64,000 nucleotides of DNA, from positions 11,118 through 75,117 of the forward strand of contig CAWIHZ010000006.1 of the NCBI GenBank assembly GCA_963835955.1, given 5' to 3'. Both the position numbers and the translations under genes were made by a program. Source of the DNA: an uncultured Alphaproteobacteria bacterium (lineage in GTDB: Bacteria > Pseudomonadota > Alphaproteobacteria > Rhizobiales > Beijerinckiaceae). The notes under the pieces are model-generated. The model saw only the letters and a program-made list of their open reading frames with translations, had not been told where the DNA came from and made no database searches. Shown piece after piece: positions 1 to 10,147 of the stretch (its first letter is position 1; each line of letters opens with the position of its first letter).

Positions 1-1520
1 ATGCTGTAGTACTGGAAGATGCCCGGAATGCGCGGCTCGATCGCCGAGTTCGGATGGTTGTAGGACGTCGACTGTGAGTTCATGTAGGAGGTGATGTACT
101 TGCGATCGTAGCCGGCGAGCTCCCACAATGCGATGTTGGTATGGCTCTTTCGGTAGGGCTGGAAGCCCGAGGGATAGGCCGCCGTCCACATCGACAGGTC
201 CTTGCCCCCGAGATGGGCCGCCGCGCTCCAGGCCGCCTTGTGGCGCCGAGGATCGGAGTCGACCGTCTTCATCACATAGATGCCCCAACCGAGATAGGCC
301 ATGTTCGGCGCATGGTTTGGCCCGGATGGCAGCTTCTCCCATTGCTTCTTGCGGAAGTTGTAGACGTCGGGCGACGCCGGCAGGATGTCGAAGTCGAGCA
401 CGTCGCCGATCGTCGCCGTGTCGCTGGTCCTGGCGACCGTGCCGATGTCGCCCCACCACTCGAGCAGCGAACCGGTCCCGGTGAGGAACTGCTGGAACGC
501 GGTCGTCCCCGGATCGGCGTTGATCTGGTCGGCTGGCTCCGAGGGCAGCGCGTCGATGACGTCCTGCATCGCCCGCACCCAGGCCGGGTTGTTGACGAGC
601 GGCTTCATGTTCTCGTCGAACAGCCAGTTCTTCTCGCCAGGATACTTGGCGTAGGCCGTGGCGCGGCTGCCCATGAAATAGAAGCAGAATCCGCCCCACG
701 GCTTCGGCTGGTCGAGGAAGCCGTAAACCGGCTTGCCCTTGAGCTTCTTGCCCTTGAGGAACTTGGTGATCGCCTGCACCTGCTGCCAGGTCTTCGGCGG
801 GCCCCATTCCGCAAGGTCGGCCTTGTCATTCCACTCCTTCCAGTCCTTGGCGAGATCAGCGTCGGAGAAGACGTCGGTGCGCCGGTTCATCGTATGGCAA
901 TCGCTGTCGATGGTGACGCGATGGATCTTGCCGTTCCAGGTGCCGACCGGCGGCTTGAGGTAGTTGACGTAGTCGTCGAAATCGACCTGCGTCTTCACCC
1001 ATTCCGGCATTTCGGACAGCAAGTCCTTGACGCCCATGTCGCCTTCGAACGGCGCGCCCATCTCGATGATGTGGTAGTCGACGGTGCTGGTGGCGATCGA
1101 TTGCTGCAGGCGGGCGTTGTAGTCGGCCTGGGCGAGGTCGATCCATTTGATTGAGGCGCCGGTATAGGCTTCCCACGGCTTTAGGAAGCCGCGGAACAGG
1201 AAGTTGTGCAGGTTCTGGTTGTTGAGCCCCATGAAGGAGAATTCGATGCCCTTGAACTCGCCAGGCTTGACGTTCTCCTTGGTCGGGCCGAGGCAGAGCG
1301 CGCCGACCTTCTGCCAGTCGGCGTCGGTCGGCGATCCGTTGCCGGCGCCTGGAATCTTCATGATCTGGGCGACAACGCTGTCGGCGGCGTAAGCGGGCCG
1401 CGTCGCCAGGCCCAGGGGGCCGCTTGCAGCCAGCGCTGCCGCCGCGCCCGCCGTGCCTTTCATCACTTGGCGCCGATTGGCTTGCATCGCCATCAGCTGT
1501 TCGTAGACGTGAACTCGCAT
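1..1520 (-). CDS. ABC transporter substrate-binding protein (solute-binding family 1); C-terminus lies beyond the left window edge
   Basis: Absent from the ORF track because it is open at the window edge. My reverse-strand translation from ATG 1520-1518 reads MRVHVYEQLMAMQANRRQVMKGTAGAAAALAASGPLGLATRPAYAADS (twin-arginine-like signal), then ...FSFMGLNNQNLHNFLFRGFLKPWEAYTGASIKWIDLAQADYNARLQ..., and stays open to base 3. Track ORFs 141..1154(+) and 856..1677(-) over the same DNA are Arg/Pro/Gly-rich shadow frames. Confidence 0.75.
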   Translation of the reverse strand, partial: MRVHVYEQLMAMQANRRQVMKGTAGAAAALAASGPLGLATRPAYAADSVVAQIMKIPGAGNGSPTDADWQKVGALCLGPTKENVKPGEFKGIEFSFMGLNNQNLHNFLFRGFLKPWEAYTGASIKWIDLAQADYNARLQQSIATSTVDYHIIEMGAPFEGDMGVKDLLSEMPEWVKTQVDFDDYVNYLKPPVGTWNGKIHRVTIDSDCHTMNRRTDVFSDADLAKDWKEWNDKADLAEWGPPKTWQQVQAITKFLKGKKLKGKPVYGFLDQPKPWGGFCFYFMGSRATAYAKYPGEKNWLFDENMKPLVNNPAWVRAMQDVIDALPSEPADQINADPGTTAFQQFLTGTGSLLEWWGDIGTVARTSDTATIGDVLDFDILPASPDVYNFRKKQWEKLPSGPNHAPNMAYLGWGIYVMKTVDSDPRRHKAAWSAAAHLGGKDLSMWTAAYPSGFQPYRKSHTNIALWELAGYDRKYITSYMNSQSTSYNHPNSAIEPRIPGIFQYYS

Positions 1521-1897
1521 TTTCGACCCTCCCGGTCATCAAACTTTGGATTGGGTAGCGCGCTTCCTCCAAACCGGCCATGTCTATTCGTTTTCGAATT
1601 GGCGCGGACTTTTGGCCTTCGCCTGCGCGCCCGCTGGAAGTCTGTCGGGCGCAAGATCTAGGCGGCGGCTGCCGCAAAGAGTAAGCGGCCGTTCATTGTC
1701 GAGTCAATCGTCGCCGCCAACCTGTCGGGAGCGAACAAGGGCGGGCGGAGCCTCGCGCTCTCCATTCGCGGCGCACGATTGCCCCGGCTTGGCAATTCGC
1801 GAGACCCGAGACCGCAAGCGCCGTTTTCGGCTTCGTTCTTGCGTCCTGAATATTGCAACCGCCATCTTGCGCAGACCGAACTCGACACCCTACGGCG

Positions 1898-2638
1898 CTA
1901 GTCGCCCAGGACCTGGCGGAGGCGGGCGAGAATATTCTCGCGTCCAGTCATCCCCAGTTCGACGGTCGCGTCCTTGGCGGAGCGTGCGTACCACTTTCTG
2001 TCCGACGCTTTCGAAAGGTCGACGCCTTCCGGAAACAGCGCCATCAACAGCGATGTCTCGCCCCGCCCGGCATGGTCGAACGGGTATCCCGCCATCGCGC
2101 CTGGCGACATCAGGGGGTGCGCTTTGATCCAGTTAAGCGGGTCGTCCCCGACAGACTGCCGCGCGTAATAGTCCGCCATCTTCTCGTCGCCCCACCATCC
2201 CTCGCCGCGCTCCTTCTCCAGAAAAGCGAAGATAGCCTGGCGAGCGGCGAACTTGAAGGCGAGATCCGTCGGCATTCCGACCGCGAAGTTCTCCGTTTGA
2301 TGATGGATGATCACATGGATGTTGCGGAAACCGATCCGCAGCAATCCCTGAAACATCGCCTTGGCGAATGGCAGCAGCGCCTCGCCGTCGACATGCAGCG
2401 TCCCGTTCTTCTCCGGCGGCTCGACAGCATAGCTCGCGGCTCCGTAATAAAACGGGGGTAAAATGACAAGGTTCATCTCTTTTTCCAGGATGTCGAGAAT
2501 CCCGACGACGGCGAGCGTGTCCATACCCACCGCCATATGCTCGCCGTGATATTCGAGCACCCCCAGCGGCAGCACCGTGGGCCATCGCCCGTCGATCGCG
2601 GCGCGGATCTGATGGGGCAGCATCATCTCGTAACGCAT
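1898..2638 (-). CDS. creatininase-family metal-dependent amidohydrolase
   Basis: 246-aa ORF. The N-terminus MRYEMMLPHQIRAAIDGRWPTVLPLGVLEYHGEHMAVGMDT and the later HHQTENF / FDHAGRGETS segments match the creatininase/ArfB/MftE-type fold pattern. Confidence 0.85.
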   Translation of the reverse strand: MRYEMMLPHQIRAAIDGRWPTVLPLGVLEYHGEHMAVGMDTLAVVGILDILEKEMNLVILPPFYYGAASYAVEPPEKNGTLHVDGEALLPFAKAMFQGLLRIGFRNIHVIIHHQTENFAVGMPTDLAFKFAARQAIFAFLEKERGEGWWGDEKMADYYARQSVGDDPLNWIKAHPLMSPGAMAGYPFDHAGRGETSLLMALFPEGVDLSKASDRKWYARSAKDATVELGMTGRENILARLRQVLGD

Positions 2639-2734
2639 CTATCGCTCCGAACCCAGTCTGGGATCGCGAACGTACGCTCTCCCCACCGCGCACAAACCCA
2701 ACCAACGCAACGACGCCCGTCCCCGGCCGTCCGA

Positions 2735-3799
2735 CTATTCCAGCCGCGCGCCGTTTTGCGCGTCGAACAAGTGGACCGAGGCGAGGTTGGGAGACAGCGA
2801 GAGAATCTCCCCCGGTCTGGCTGACACCCGCTCGCGAAAGACCCCGACGATCTTTTGGCCGCCGAGCATCGCGACCACCTGGGTTTCCGAGCCCGTCGGC
2901 TCCACGACTGAAACCTCGACCTTCACTTCGCCGCCCCCGAGCGCCAGGTGCTCCGGCCGGATTCCATAGACGCAAGGCCGTCCGTCGATCCCGCTTGGCG
3001 CTGATTTTAGGGGCAGTTCCACCCCTGTTTCGGTCACGAAGGTCGGCTTGCCATTGATTCGGATCGCGCCCTTCAGGAGATTCATCGCCGGCGAACCGAT
3101 AAAGCCGGCGACGAACAGGGTGTTCGGCCGGTCATATAACTCGAGCGGCAATCCGACCTGTTCAACGACGCCATCGCGCATGACGACAATGCGATCGGCC
3201 ATCGTCATCGCCTCGACCTGGTCGTGGGTCACATAGATGGTCGTGGTTCCCAACCGCTGGTGCAATTCCTTGATTTCGGCGCGCATCTGCACGCGCAACT
3301 TGGCGTCGAGATTGGAGAGCGGTTCGTCGAAAAGGAAGACCTGAGGATCGCGAACGATCGCCCGCCCCATCGCGACGCGCTGTCGCTGACCGCCGGAGAG
3401 CTGACGCGGATAGCGCGAGAGATAGGGCGATATATCGAGGATTTCGGCCGCGCGCCGCACCCGAGCCGCGATCTCCGCCTTGGGCGTATGCCGCAGCTTC
3501 AGACCGAAACTCATGTTCTCGGCGACAGTCTTATGCGGATAGAGCGCGTAATTCTGGAACACCATCGCGATGTCACGGTCCTTCGGCGGCAGATTGTTGA
3601 CGACCCGCGCGCCGATCTTGATCCGACCGTCCGAGATCGATTCGAGCCCCGCGATCATCCGAAGAAGCGTCGATTTTCCACAGCCGGAGGGGCCGACCAA
3701 AGTGACGAATTCGCCGTCGGCGATCGAGATGGAGACGCCATGAATCACTTCGACGGCGCCGTAGGATTTGCGGGCGTTGACAACGTCGACCGAAGCCAT
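2735..3799 (-). CDS. ABC transporter ATP-binding protein, MalK/UgpC type
   Basis: Walker A GPSGCGKST, signature LSGGQRQRVAMGRA, Walker B VFLFDEPLSNLD, and a long MalK-like C-terminal domain. I moved the start to MASVDVVNARKSY (ATG 3799); the 18 upstream codons of the track ORF look non-coding. Confidence 0.9.
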   Translation of the reverse strand: MASVDVVNARKSYGAVEVIHGVSISIADGEFVTLVGPSGCGKSTLLRMIAGLESISDGRIKIGARVVNNLPPKDRDIAMVFQNYALYPHKTVAENMSFGLKLRHTPKAEIAARVRRAAEILDISPYLSRYPRQLSGGQRQRVAMGRAIVRDPQVFLFDEPLSNLDAKLRVQMRAEIKELHQRLGTTTIYVTHDQVEAMTMADRIVVMRDGVVEQVGLPLELYDRPNTLFVAGFIGSPAMNLLKGAIRINGKPTFVTETGVELPLKSAPSGIDGRPCVYGIRPEHLALGGGEVKVEVSVVEPTGSETQVVAMLGGQKIVGVFRERVSARPGEILSLSPNLASVHLFDAQNGARLE

Positions 3800-4074
3800 T
3801 CTTTTCCACCCTGCCGCAAGATAGCGCCGGACTCCGCCGCCCGCTAAGACCAACGTAATGTATCGCCGGTTTGGCGTCGAGGCGGCTTGCGGCTATCGAA
3901 GGCGCGAACGGTCAGGGCGCGAACGAAAGAAGCCTGAAGCTTCGCCTATGGGACCGGCTCCCGATTTGGGTTCTGGGAAAGGACAAAGACCGCGGCGCCG
4001 CGCCACGGAGCGTCGCAAGGCGAGCCGCATTGACAGATGGCGGACGAGCTTCCGGCAGTGGATCCGACAGGATT

Positions 4075-4947
4075 TCACAGACGGCGAGATGCGTGCGCGG
4101 CCGCTTTTTCGTTGGCGAAACGTGCGGCGGCGAGCAGGGGCGCGCCTTTCGCGAGCCTCGCTGCGAGCGCGCCGACAAAGCAGTCCCCGGCCCCGTGAGT
4201 CGACGTCACGGGGACGGGTATGGGCGCGATCGCGCTCGCTTCGAGGCCCCGCGGCCGGACGACGAGGCCTTCGCCGCCGAGCGTGACGATCACATCGCGA
4301 TCGTCGGACCCCAGCGACGATAACGCCGACAGCGCGCTAGTTGGATCGCGCACGTCCCGCCCGGTCAGCATGGTCGCCTCGATGCGGTTGACAATGAGAA
4401 TTTCGACGAGGCGGAGGAGTTCTCGGGATATGGCGCGCGCGGGCGCGGCGTTCATGATGACCCGCGCGCCGTTCGTTCGCGCGACGCGCGCAGCCGCGAT
4501 GTTGGCGGCCTCCGTAATTTCGTTCTGAAGGACCAGAATGGACGCGCCTCCCAGGGCGCCCCAGTCGTCGCGGATCGCGGCCAAATCGATCCTCAGATTG
4601 GCGCCGGAGACGATGACCGCGCCATACTCGCCGTCGTCGCGAACGATAGCGGCGCTCATGCCGGACGCGGCGGCTTCGTCGACATGGACAGCGCTCGCGT
4701 CGACCCCGGCGGCGATCAGACTGCCGCGCAGCCGAACGCCGAAGTCGTCCGCGCCGACGCACCCGATCATGGCGGCGCGCGCGCCGGCCCGCGCCGCCAT
4801 GATAGCCTGGTTGCCGCCCTTGCCGCCGCACTCGAGGCTCCATCGCGAACCGGCGACGGTCTCGTCCGGACGCGGCAGGGTCGGGGCGTAAACCATGACG
4901 TCGAGATGTAGGCTGCCACAGACGATGACGTCGAAGGGGGAGGACAT
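4075..4947 (-). CDS. rbsK: ribokinase / PfkB-family sugar kinase
   Basis: GGKGGNQA and C-terminal TSTHGAGDCFVGAL motifs typical of ribokinase. Start placed at MSSPFDVIVCGS (ATG 4947); the 69 upstream codons of the track ORF are Arg-rich. Confidence 0.8.
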   Translation of the reverse strand: MSSPFDVIVCGSLHLDVMVYAPTLPRPDETVAGSRWSLECGGKGGNQAIMAARAGARAAMIGCVGADDFGVRLRGSLIAAGVDASAVHVDEAAASGMSAAIVRDDGEYGAVIVSGANLRIDLAAIRDDWGALGGASILVLQNEITEAANIAAARVARTNGARVIMNAAPARAISRELLRLVEILIVNRIEATMLTGRDVRDPTSALSALSSLGSDDRDVIVTLGGEGLVVRPRGLEASAIAPIPVPVTSTHGAGDCFVGALAARLAKGAPLLAAARFANEKAAAHASRRL

Positions 4948-5445
4948 GCGATGGTTAACTCGACCTTGGCGGGTGGTCCGACGCCGCTTGGCGATTCGGC
5001 AGATTGATAGGAATGGCGCGGTTGAGGTCAAGGAGCGGCAACCAGCTCGAGGATGCGGTCTCCCCGGTCGCCGCGCCGTCCCAAATCGTCGATGCGGACA
5101 GGAACGCGCGAGCGCCGATCGACCGCAGGTCACGCCCAAGCTTCGCGTCGCCAAGGCGCCGGCCTTCCGAATCCCTGCCCGTAAGCCTCCAGCGTTGGAC
5201 GCTCAAATCGCGCCGAAGGGACTTGCCGCGCGCCGCGCTGCGCTGCCTCGTCGCCGGCGACCGCCGTGGGGTCGAACTGCAGCTTGCTTCAAGAACGGTC
5301 GCTCCTGGCGCATTTCTTCGGTGGCTGGAACGGCCAGGAGGGGCAGCAATGGGTCCGATTCCGGTTATTTTGCAACCCGGAACGGGGCCGAATCTGCGGC
5401 TCGCCAGGGCGCTTCGGACGCGCGCCCGCTCTTTAAGTCTCCGCT

Positions 5446-5690
5446 TGAGCCATCCGGAGGCGGTCATCCAGACGAGCTGCGGATAGGAAAAGGGAGTTGG
5501 CGCCGGCGGCGGCGCAAACTTATGCGCGACGATGAGCAGAAAGTGTCCCGCCGCGCCGAAGAGCCCGAGCCCCGGCATTACGAGCCGGACATGCAGCGAA
5601 GCGGGCCGGGGTCCAGATCCACGGCAGGACGGGGGTGAGCGCGACGATCCCCCGCGACCTGCGCCCGGGCGAACGTCGTCTGCGGCGGGT
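5446..5690 (-). pseudogene. remnant of an EamA/DMT-family transporter gene (C-terminal EamA repeat, frameshifted)
   Basis: Minus-strand segment GLFGAAGHFLLIVAHKFAPPPAPTPFSYPQLVWMTASGWL has the G..GH.L.I.A...AP....PF.Y.Q.VW....GWL pattern of EamA domains. An upstream piece (AGIVALTPVLPWIWTP) is in a different frame, and no full-length ORF exists. Confidence 0.4.
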
Positions 5691-5729
5691 CCACGGCGGC
5701 GAGCGGCTCCGGCTGAGCCTTCGCCTAAT

Positions 5730-8600
5730 TCAATGCCCAGCCGGGCGCCGGCTGAGCTCCTCGAGCAGCGGACGCAGCGCGTCGAGCTCCTTGCCGAAGC
5801 CGGCCCAGTCGCCAGCCTTCAGCCGCTCGAGCGCCCGATCGTAGGCGGCGAGCGCCTGCTTCGCCTGTTCCCCGGCCGGCCCCAAAGGCGCAGGCCCGGC
5901 GACGGCGGGCTGGCCCGCGACCGGGGCTGTTTGCCGGAACAGAGCGGCGAGCGCCGCCGGCAGCGTCTCCTCCATCACCACCCGGTCGCCATAGGCCGCG
6001 ATCACCCGCTTGAGCTCGGGCAGCTGGCCGGACCGCGCGCGCAGATAGAGCGGCGAGACATAGAGGATCGAGTTCCCGATCGGCACGACGAGGAGATTGC
6101 CGCGAATGACCCGGGAGCCCATCTGGTTCCACAGCGAGATCTGCTGCGAGATCTCGGTGTTCTGGTTGATCAGCGCGTCGATCTGGAACGGCCCGTAGAT
6201 GAGCTTCTCCTTCGGGAACTCGTATACGATCAGCTTGCCGTATTCGGGCGGGTCGCAGCGCGCCGCGAGCCAGGCGATCATGTTTTCCCGGTGGCTCGGC
6301 GTCATCGGCAGCATGAGGAAGAATTCCGTCGCGGCCTCGCCGGGCAGGCGCATCATGATGTAGTAGGGCGCCATCCTCGCGGTCTTGGCGCCCGCCTCGA
6401 CCTCGTCGGGCGCGGCCGCCTCTCGCGGAAACTGCCAGAGGTCTTCCCGGTTGTAGAAGACCTCGGGCACGGTCATGTGGAACGCGCGGTACTGAAGCGC
6501 CTGAATGGTGAAGAGGTCCTCCGGGTAGCGGATGTGCAGCCTCAGATCCGGAGGCATCGCGTCGAGGGGCTTGAACAGCGTGGGGAAGATTTTGCGATAG
6601 GTCTCCACGATCGGATCGGCCGGATCGGCGACATAGAAGGCGACCGACCCGTTGTAAGCGTCGATGACGATCTTCACCGAATTGCGGATGTAGTTGATGT
6701 CGCCGGCCTCCGGCTCGGGCGTGGCGTAGGGGAACCAGTCGCTGACCGTATAGGCGTCCTGGAACCAGTAGAGCCGCCCGCCGCTGACCACGAGATAGGG
6801 ATCGTGGTCGAGCCTCAGGAAAGGCGCGATTGTCCGCACGCGGTCGCGGATGTTGCGATGAAGAAGGATTCTGCTCTCGCCGGTGAGGTACCCGCTGAGC
6901 AGAATGTTCATGTCGCCGAGATTCCAGGCGAACAGGGTTCGCCACAAAGTGCCGCCGATCGGGATGCCGGCTGAGCCGCCGTAGGTCATGTAGGCGTTCT
7001 CCTGCCCTTTCGGATAGTCGAACTCCTTGGCGCCAGTCTTGACGATCACATAGCCGGCAGGGCCTTCGCCGAAGTAGATGCGCGGCTCGGTGATCGGGGG
7101 GCCGCCCGTGGCGACCGGCGGAATGTCCTGCAGATAGAAGATCGGCAGGCCCTCGGCGGACTTCTGGGTGACCGGAGACATGACCGCCCCGTCGCCGTGG
7201 GTGAACAGGAGATGCAGGTTGACCCAGGTCTGGGCGTTGGCCGGCAGGAGCGATGGGATGAGCTCGCGCCCCGAGATCATCACCTGCTGATAGTTGGGTC
7301 GGAGGTGATAGCGGTCGACGTCGACGTCGAGAAACCGGTAGTAGGTGCGGATCTCCTGAAGTTGCGCATAGGCCGAGAGCAACGGGCGCCAGTCCCACAG
7401 CCGGATGTTGTCGGCGGTCCCGCTGTCCCTCTCGAGCGACTGAAAAGTGAGATCCTGCTTCGCGGGGAACGGCTTCACCTTGATCGCGCCGAGGTCGTAG
7501 GCCTCTCGGGTGAAATCGATGTTTCGCAGAATGTAAGGCCTTTCCTCCTGCAGCTCGCTCGGCTTGACAAAGAAGCGCTCAATGAGCGCGGGCGCCGCGT
7601 CGCCGAGGACGAAGGCGAGGCCGAACACCATGAGCGCCGCCGCCAGCACGAGCGGGGCCGAGCGCAGCCGCATGTTGGCGAAGGCGGCGGCGGCCGCAAT
7701 GATCGCAAGTGCGATGAGCAGCCCGAGCGCGGCCAGCTCGACATGAACGTCGGTGTAGCCGGCGCCGGTCACGACGCCGTTGTCGTCATAGAGCAAGAGG
7801 TAGCGGTCGAGGGCGTAAGACCACGCCTTCACCAGGAAGAACAGGCCGATGAGCGCCGAGCCGTGGGCGACCGCCGCGGGGGCGAAGGTCCAGCGCGGAG
7901 GATCGTGGCTGATGTGGCCGTGCACGAAATAAATCGCCCCGGCCATGAGGGCGGAGATCGCCAGGATCCAGAAGAGCCAGTTCTTGAACGCCACATAGGC
8001 CGGCAGCGAGAACAGGTAGAAGCCGATGTCCTTATGAAACAGCGGGTCGACCCGGCCGTAGGGCGTTTGGCGGAGGAACCGGAGGACGAGCTCCCACTGG
8101 TTGCTCTCGCCCAAGCCGATCAGCAGTCCGAGGATGATCGCGGAGGCCAGGACGAAGAGTCGCCACGCCAGCGCCGAAGGCTGAAGCCGGCGCGGCGGCG
8201 CCCAGGGTCCCCGCGCGGGCTGAAAGGTCACGAAGCTCGGCGAGAACGCCGCCGGCAGGCGGAGCGGCGACCCTGACGAGAACCGGAGCGCGAGCGTCGC
8301 GTTCGTCCAGAGAAGCCCGGCCGATAGGGCGAAAACGATCGCGAAGAGCGCGATTCTCGCGCCGAACGCCGTCCAGAAGACGTCCGCATAACCGACCGAC
8401 GAGAACCACGCCCAGTCGACGACGAGACCCGAGACGCTCGCGAGTGCGAAGAGGAGGACGATGATGGCGATCAGCGCGCCGATGCGTCTCAGGGGTATGC
8501 TCCCTTCCCGGTCGCGCCGTTCAACCACGGCCGATTTAGCGCCCGCCAGCGATTGGCGTCCGGCGCGAGTCAACGTCCGACGGACGCCGCGGGGCGGCAT
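5730..8600 (-). CDS. UPF0182 family membrane protein
   Basis: 956-aa ORF with N-terminal multi-span region (IGALIAIIVLLFALASVSGLVVDWAWFSSVGYADVFW...) and a large soluble domain, as in UPF0182 (PF03699). The exact start is uncertain. Overlapping track ORFs (5532..6974+, 5725..7398-, 7197..8276+) are shadow frames. Confidence 0.85.
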   Translation of the reverse strand: MPPRGVRRTLTRAGRQSLAGAKSAVVERRDREGSIPLRRIGALIAIIVLLFALASVSGLVVDWAWFSSVGYADVFWTAFGARIALFAIVFALSAGLLWTNATLALRFSSGSPLRLPAAFSPSFVTFQPARGPWAPPRRLQPSALAWRLFVLASAIILGLLIGLGESNQWELVLRFLRQTPYGRVDPLFHKDIGFYLFSLPAYVAFKNWLFWILAISALMAGAIYFVHGHISHDPPRWTFAPAAVAHGSALIGLFFLVKAWSYALDRYLLLYDDNGVVTGAGYTDVHVELAALGLLIALAIIAAAAAFANMRLRSAPLVLAAALMVFGLAFVLGDAAPALIERFFVKPSELQEERPYILRNIDFTREAYDLGAIKVKPFPAKQDLTFQSLERDSGTADNIRLWDWRPLLSAYAQLQEIRTYYRFLDVDVDRYHLRPNYQQVMISGRELIPSLLPANAQTWVNLHLLFTHGDGAVMSPVTQKSAEGLPIFYLQDIPPVATGGPPITEPRIYFGEGPAGYVIVKTGAKEFDYPKGQENAYMTYGGSAGIPIGGTLWRTLFAWNLGDMNILLSGYLTGESRILLHRNIRDRVRTIAPFLRLDHDPYLVVSGGRLYWFQDAYTVSDWFPYATPEPEAGDINYIRNSVKIVIDAYNGSVAFYVADPADPIVETYRKIFPTLFKPLDAMPPDLRLHIRYPEDLFTIQALQYRAFHMTVPEVFYNREDLWQFPREAAAPDEVEAGAKTARMAPYYIMMRLPGEAATEFFLMLPMTPSHRENMIAWLAARCDPPEYGKLIVYEFPKEKLIYGPFQIDALINQNTEISQQISLWNQMGSRVIRGNLLVVPIGNSILYVSPLYLRARSGQLPELKRVIAAYGDRVVMEETLPAALAALFRQTAPVAGQPAVAGPAPLGPAGEQAKQALAAYDRALERLKAGDWAGFGKELDALRPLLEELSRRPAGH

Positions 8601-8795
8601 TTCGAGATGACTGCAGAACCGACGACAATTTCGCCCGTTCTGACCTTACGAGCAAGTGGGGCGGATTAACGGCCCGTAAGGGTGAAAGGCGTCCGCGCTC
8701 CTTTGTGCGGGCTTGACCTTGACTGAGGCGACCGCCGGCTTTTACGGGGGCATTCGCGGCACTCTAGTCGCCCGCTTCAATCAATTTGAAAGGAT

Positions 8796-9990
8796 TTGAT
8801 GATTTCGCTTTGTCGACAGTGCGGACGACGGAGGCGATCATGGTTGCGAAGGAGATTTCAGGTAAAGAAGTATGTGGTGCGGTTGAGCGCGGAGGAGCGG
8901 GAGCGACTTGAAGCGCTGATCCGGAAAGGAAAGAGCCCGGCCCAGCGGCTGCTGAAGGCGCGGGTCTTGTTGAAGGCCGATGTCTCGCAAGCCGGGGAAG
9001 GCTGGAGCGACAGCCGGATCGTCAAAGCGCTGGAGACCAGCCCATCGATGGTTTACCGGGTGCGCAAGCAACTGGTGGAAGAGGGCTTCGAGGCGGTGCT
9101 GAGCCGCAAACAACGGGCGAGGCCGGCGGTTGCGCGGATTTTCGACGGCGAGAAGGAAGCCAAACTGATTGCCTTGGCTTGTTCCAAACCACCCAAGGGA
9201 CGCGCGCGCTGGACCTTGCGGCTGTTGGAGAACAAGGTCGTGGAACTCCACATTGTCGATCGCGCCAGCGACTCGACGATCGGGCGGGCGCTCAAAAAAA
9301 CATTCTCCAGCCCCATCGCCGACAGTGCTGGGTCATCCCGCCCAAGGCCAACGGCGCGTTCGTAGCGGCGATGGAAGACGTGCTGGCCGTCTACACGCGG
9401 CCACGCGATCCCGACCGTCCGCTGGTTTGCCTGGACGAGACCTCGAAGCAACTCCTCGCCGAGACGCGGACGACGATTCCGATGAAACCGGGCGCCCGGT
9501 CCGTTGCGATTACGAGTACGAGCGCAATGGGACCGCCAACCTCTTCATGCTGTTCGCGCCGCTCGAAGGCTGGCGCCATGTCAAAGTCACGGACCGCCAC
9601 ACCGCCGTGGATTATGCTCACGTCTTGAAAGACTTGGCCGATATCCACTTTTCCGCCGCCCAGATCATCGTTCTGGTCCAGGACAATCTCAACATCCACA
9701 GCAAGGCGTCACTCTACCAAGCCTTTCCGGCCGCCGAAGCCAGGCGGCTGGTCGAGCGATTCGAATGGCATTACACGCCAAAGCACGGCAGTTGGCTCGA
9801 TCTGGCGGAGTCGGAACTCGGCGTCCTATCGTCCCAATGCCTCGACCGCCGTATCCCCGACAAACAAACCCTCGTCGAGGAAGTCGCCGCCTGGGAGCAG
9901 GACCGCAACGCCAATCACGCCAATGCCAATTGGCACTTCACAACACCCGACGCACGCATCAAACTCAAGCACCTATACCCGTCAATCTGA
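8796..9990 (+). pseudogene. IS630-family DDE transposase, split over three frames (one probable programmed -1 shift plus one extra -1 shift)
   Basis: Frame 0: ...[40 protein letters not shown]...RALKK. Frame -1: [65 protein letters not shown]. Frame -2: [32 protein letters not shown]...HYTPKHGSWLDLAESELGVLSSQCLDRRIP. The second shift (about 9493-9500, ccgggcgcccgg) has no slippery motif. Confidence 0.8.
9294..9300 (+). promoter_or_regulatory. A7 slippery run, candidate programmed -1 ribosomal frameshift site of the IS630 transposase
   Basis: ctc aaa aaa a|ca: reading LKK and then slipping back one base gives LKKNILQPH..., which restores the contiguous IS630-type sequence. Confidence 0.55.
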
Positions 9991-10147
9991 CTGAATTGGG
10001 CGACTAGGCCGCTTTCGGGCGAACGAGCGGACTTGGCGCATTCGTCGCGTTTTGCGGTCGACCACAACCTGGTGCAACGGTCTCGTTCGTCGTGCCGGTC
10101 GATCGGTAGGAGTTCGCCTTTTCGGACTTTCGGCGGCTGGAGCGCCG

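Larger units (their letters stand above)
8765..10006 (+). mobile_element. IS630-family insertion sequence with TA-flanked imperfect terminal inverted repeats
   Basis: Left end TA|GTCGCCCGCTTCAATCAATTTGA (8765-) versus the reverse complement of the right end TA|GTCGCCCAATTCAGTCAGATTGA (-10006). By my alignment 20 of 25 positions match when the flanking TA is included. A TA dinucleotide sits on both sides (8765-8766, 10005-10006), as expected for IS630/Tc1 target duplication. Confidence 0.85.

Noticed and set aside
141-1677. Long track ORFs 141..1154(+), 856..1677(-) and 1206..1661(+) at the left edge
   Set aside because: Their composition is Arg/Pro/Gly-rich and low in complexity. They overlap a much better edge-truncated minus-strand SBP gene that the track cannot list. 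They are typical high-GC shadow frames.
1893-1901. TAGTCGCCC, identical to the IS630 terminal 9-mer, at the end of the creatininase-family gene
   Set aside because: It simply encodes ...LGD-stop on the minus strand. A single 9-mer match in 64 kb is within chance expectation, and there is no further IR similarity.
5532-8276. ORFs 5532..6974(+), 5725..7398(-) and 7197..8276(+), of 359-557 aa
   Set aside because: They overlap the 956-aa UPF0182 gene in other frames or on the other strand. Their Arg/Gly/Asp-rich composition has no motifs.
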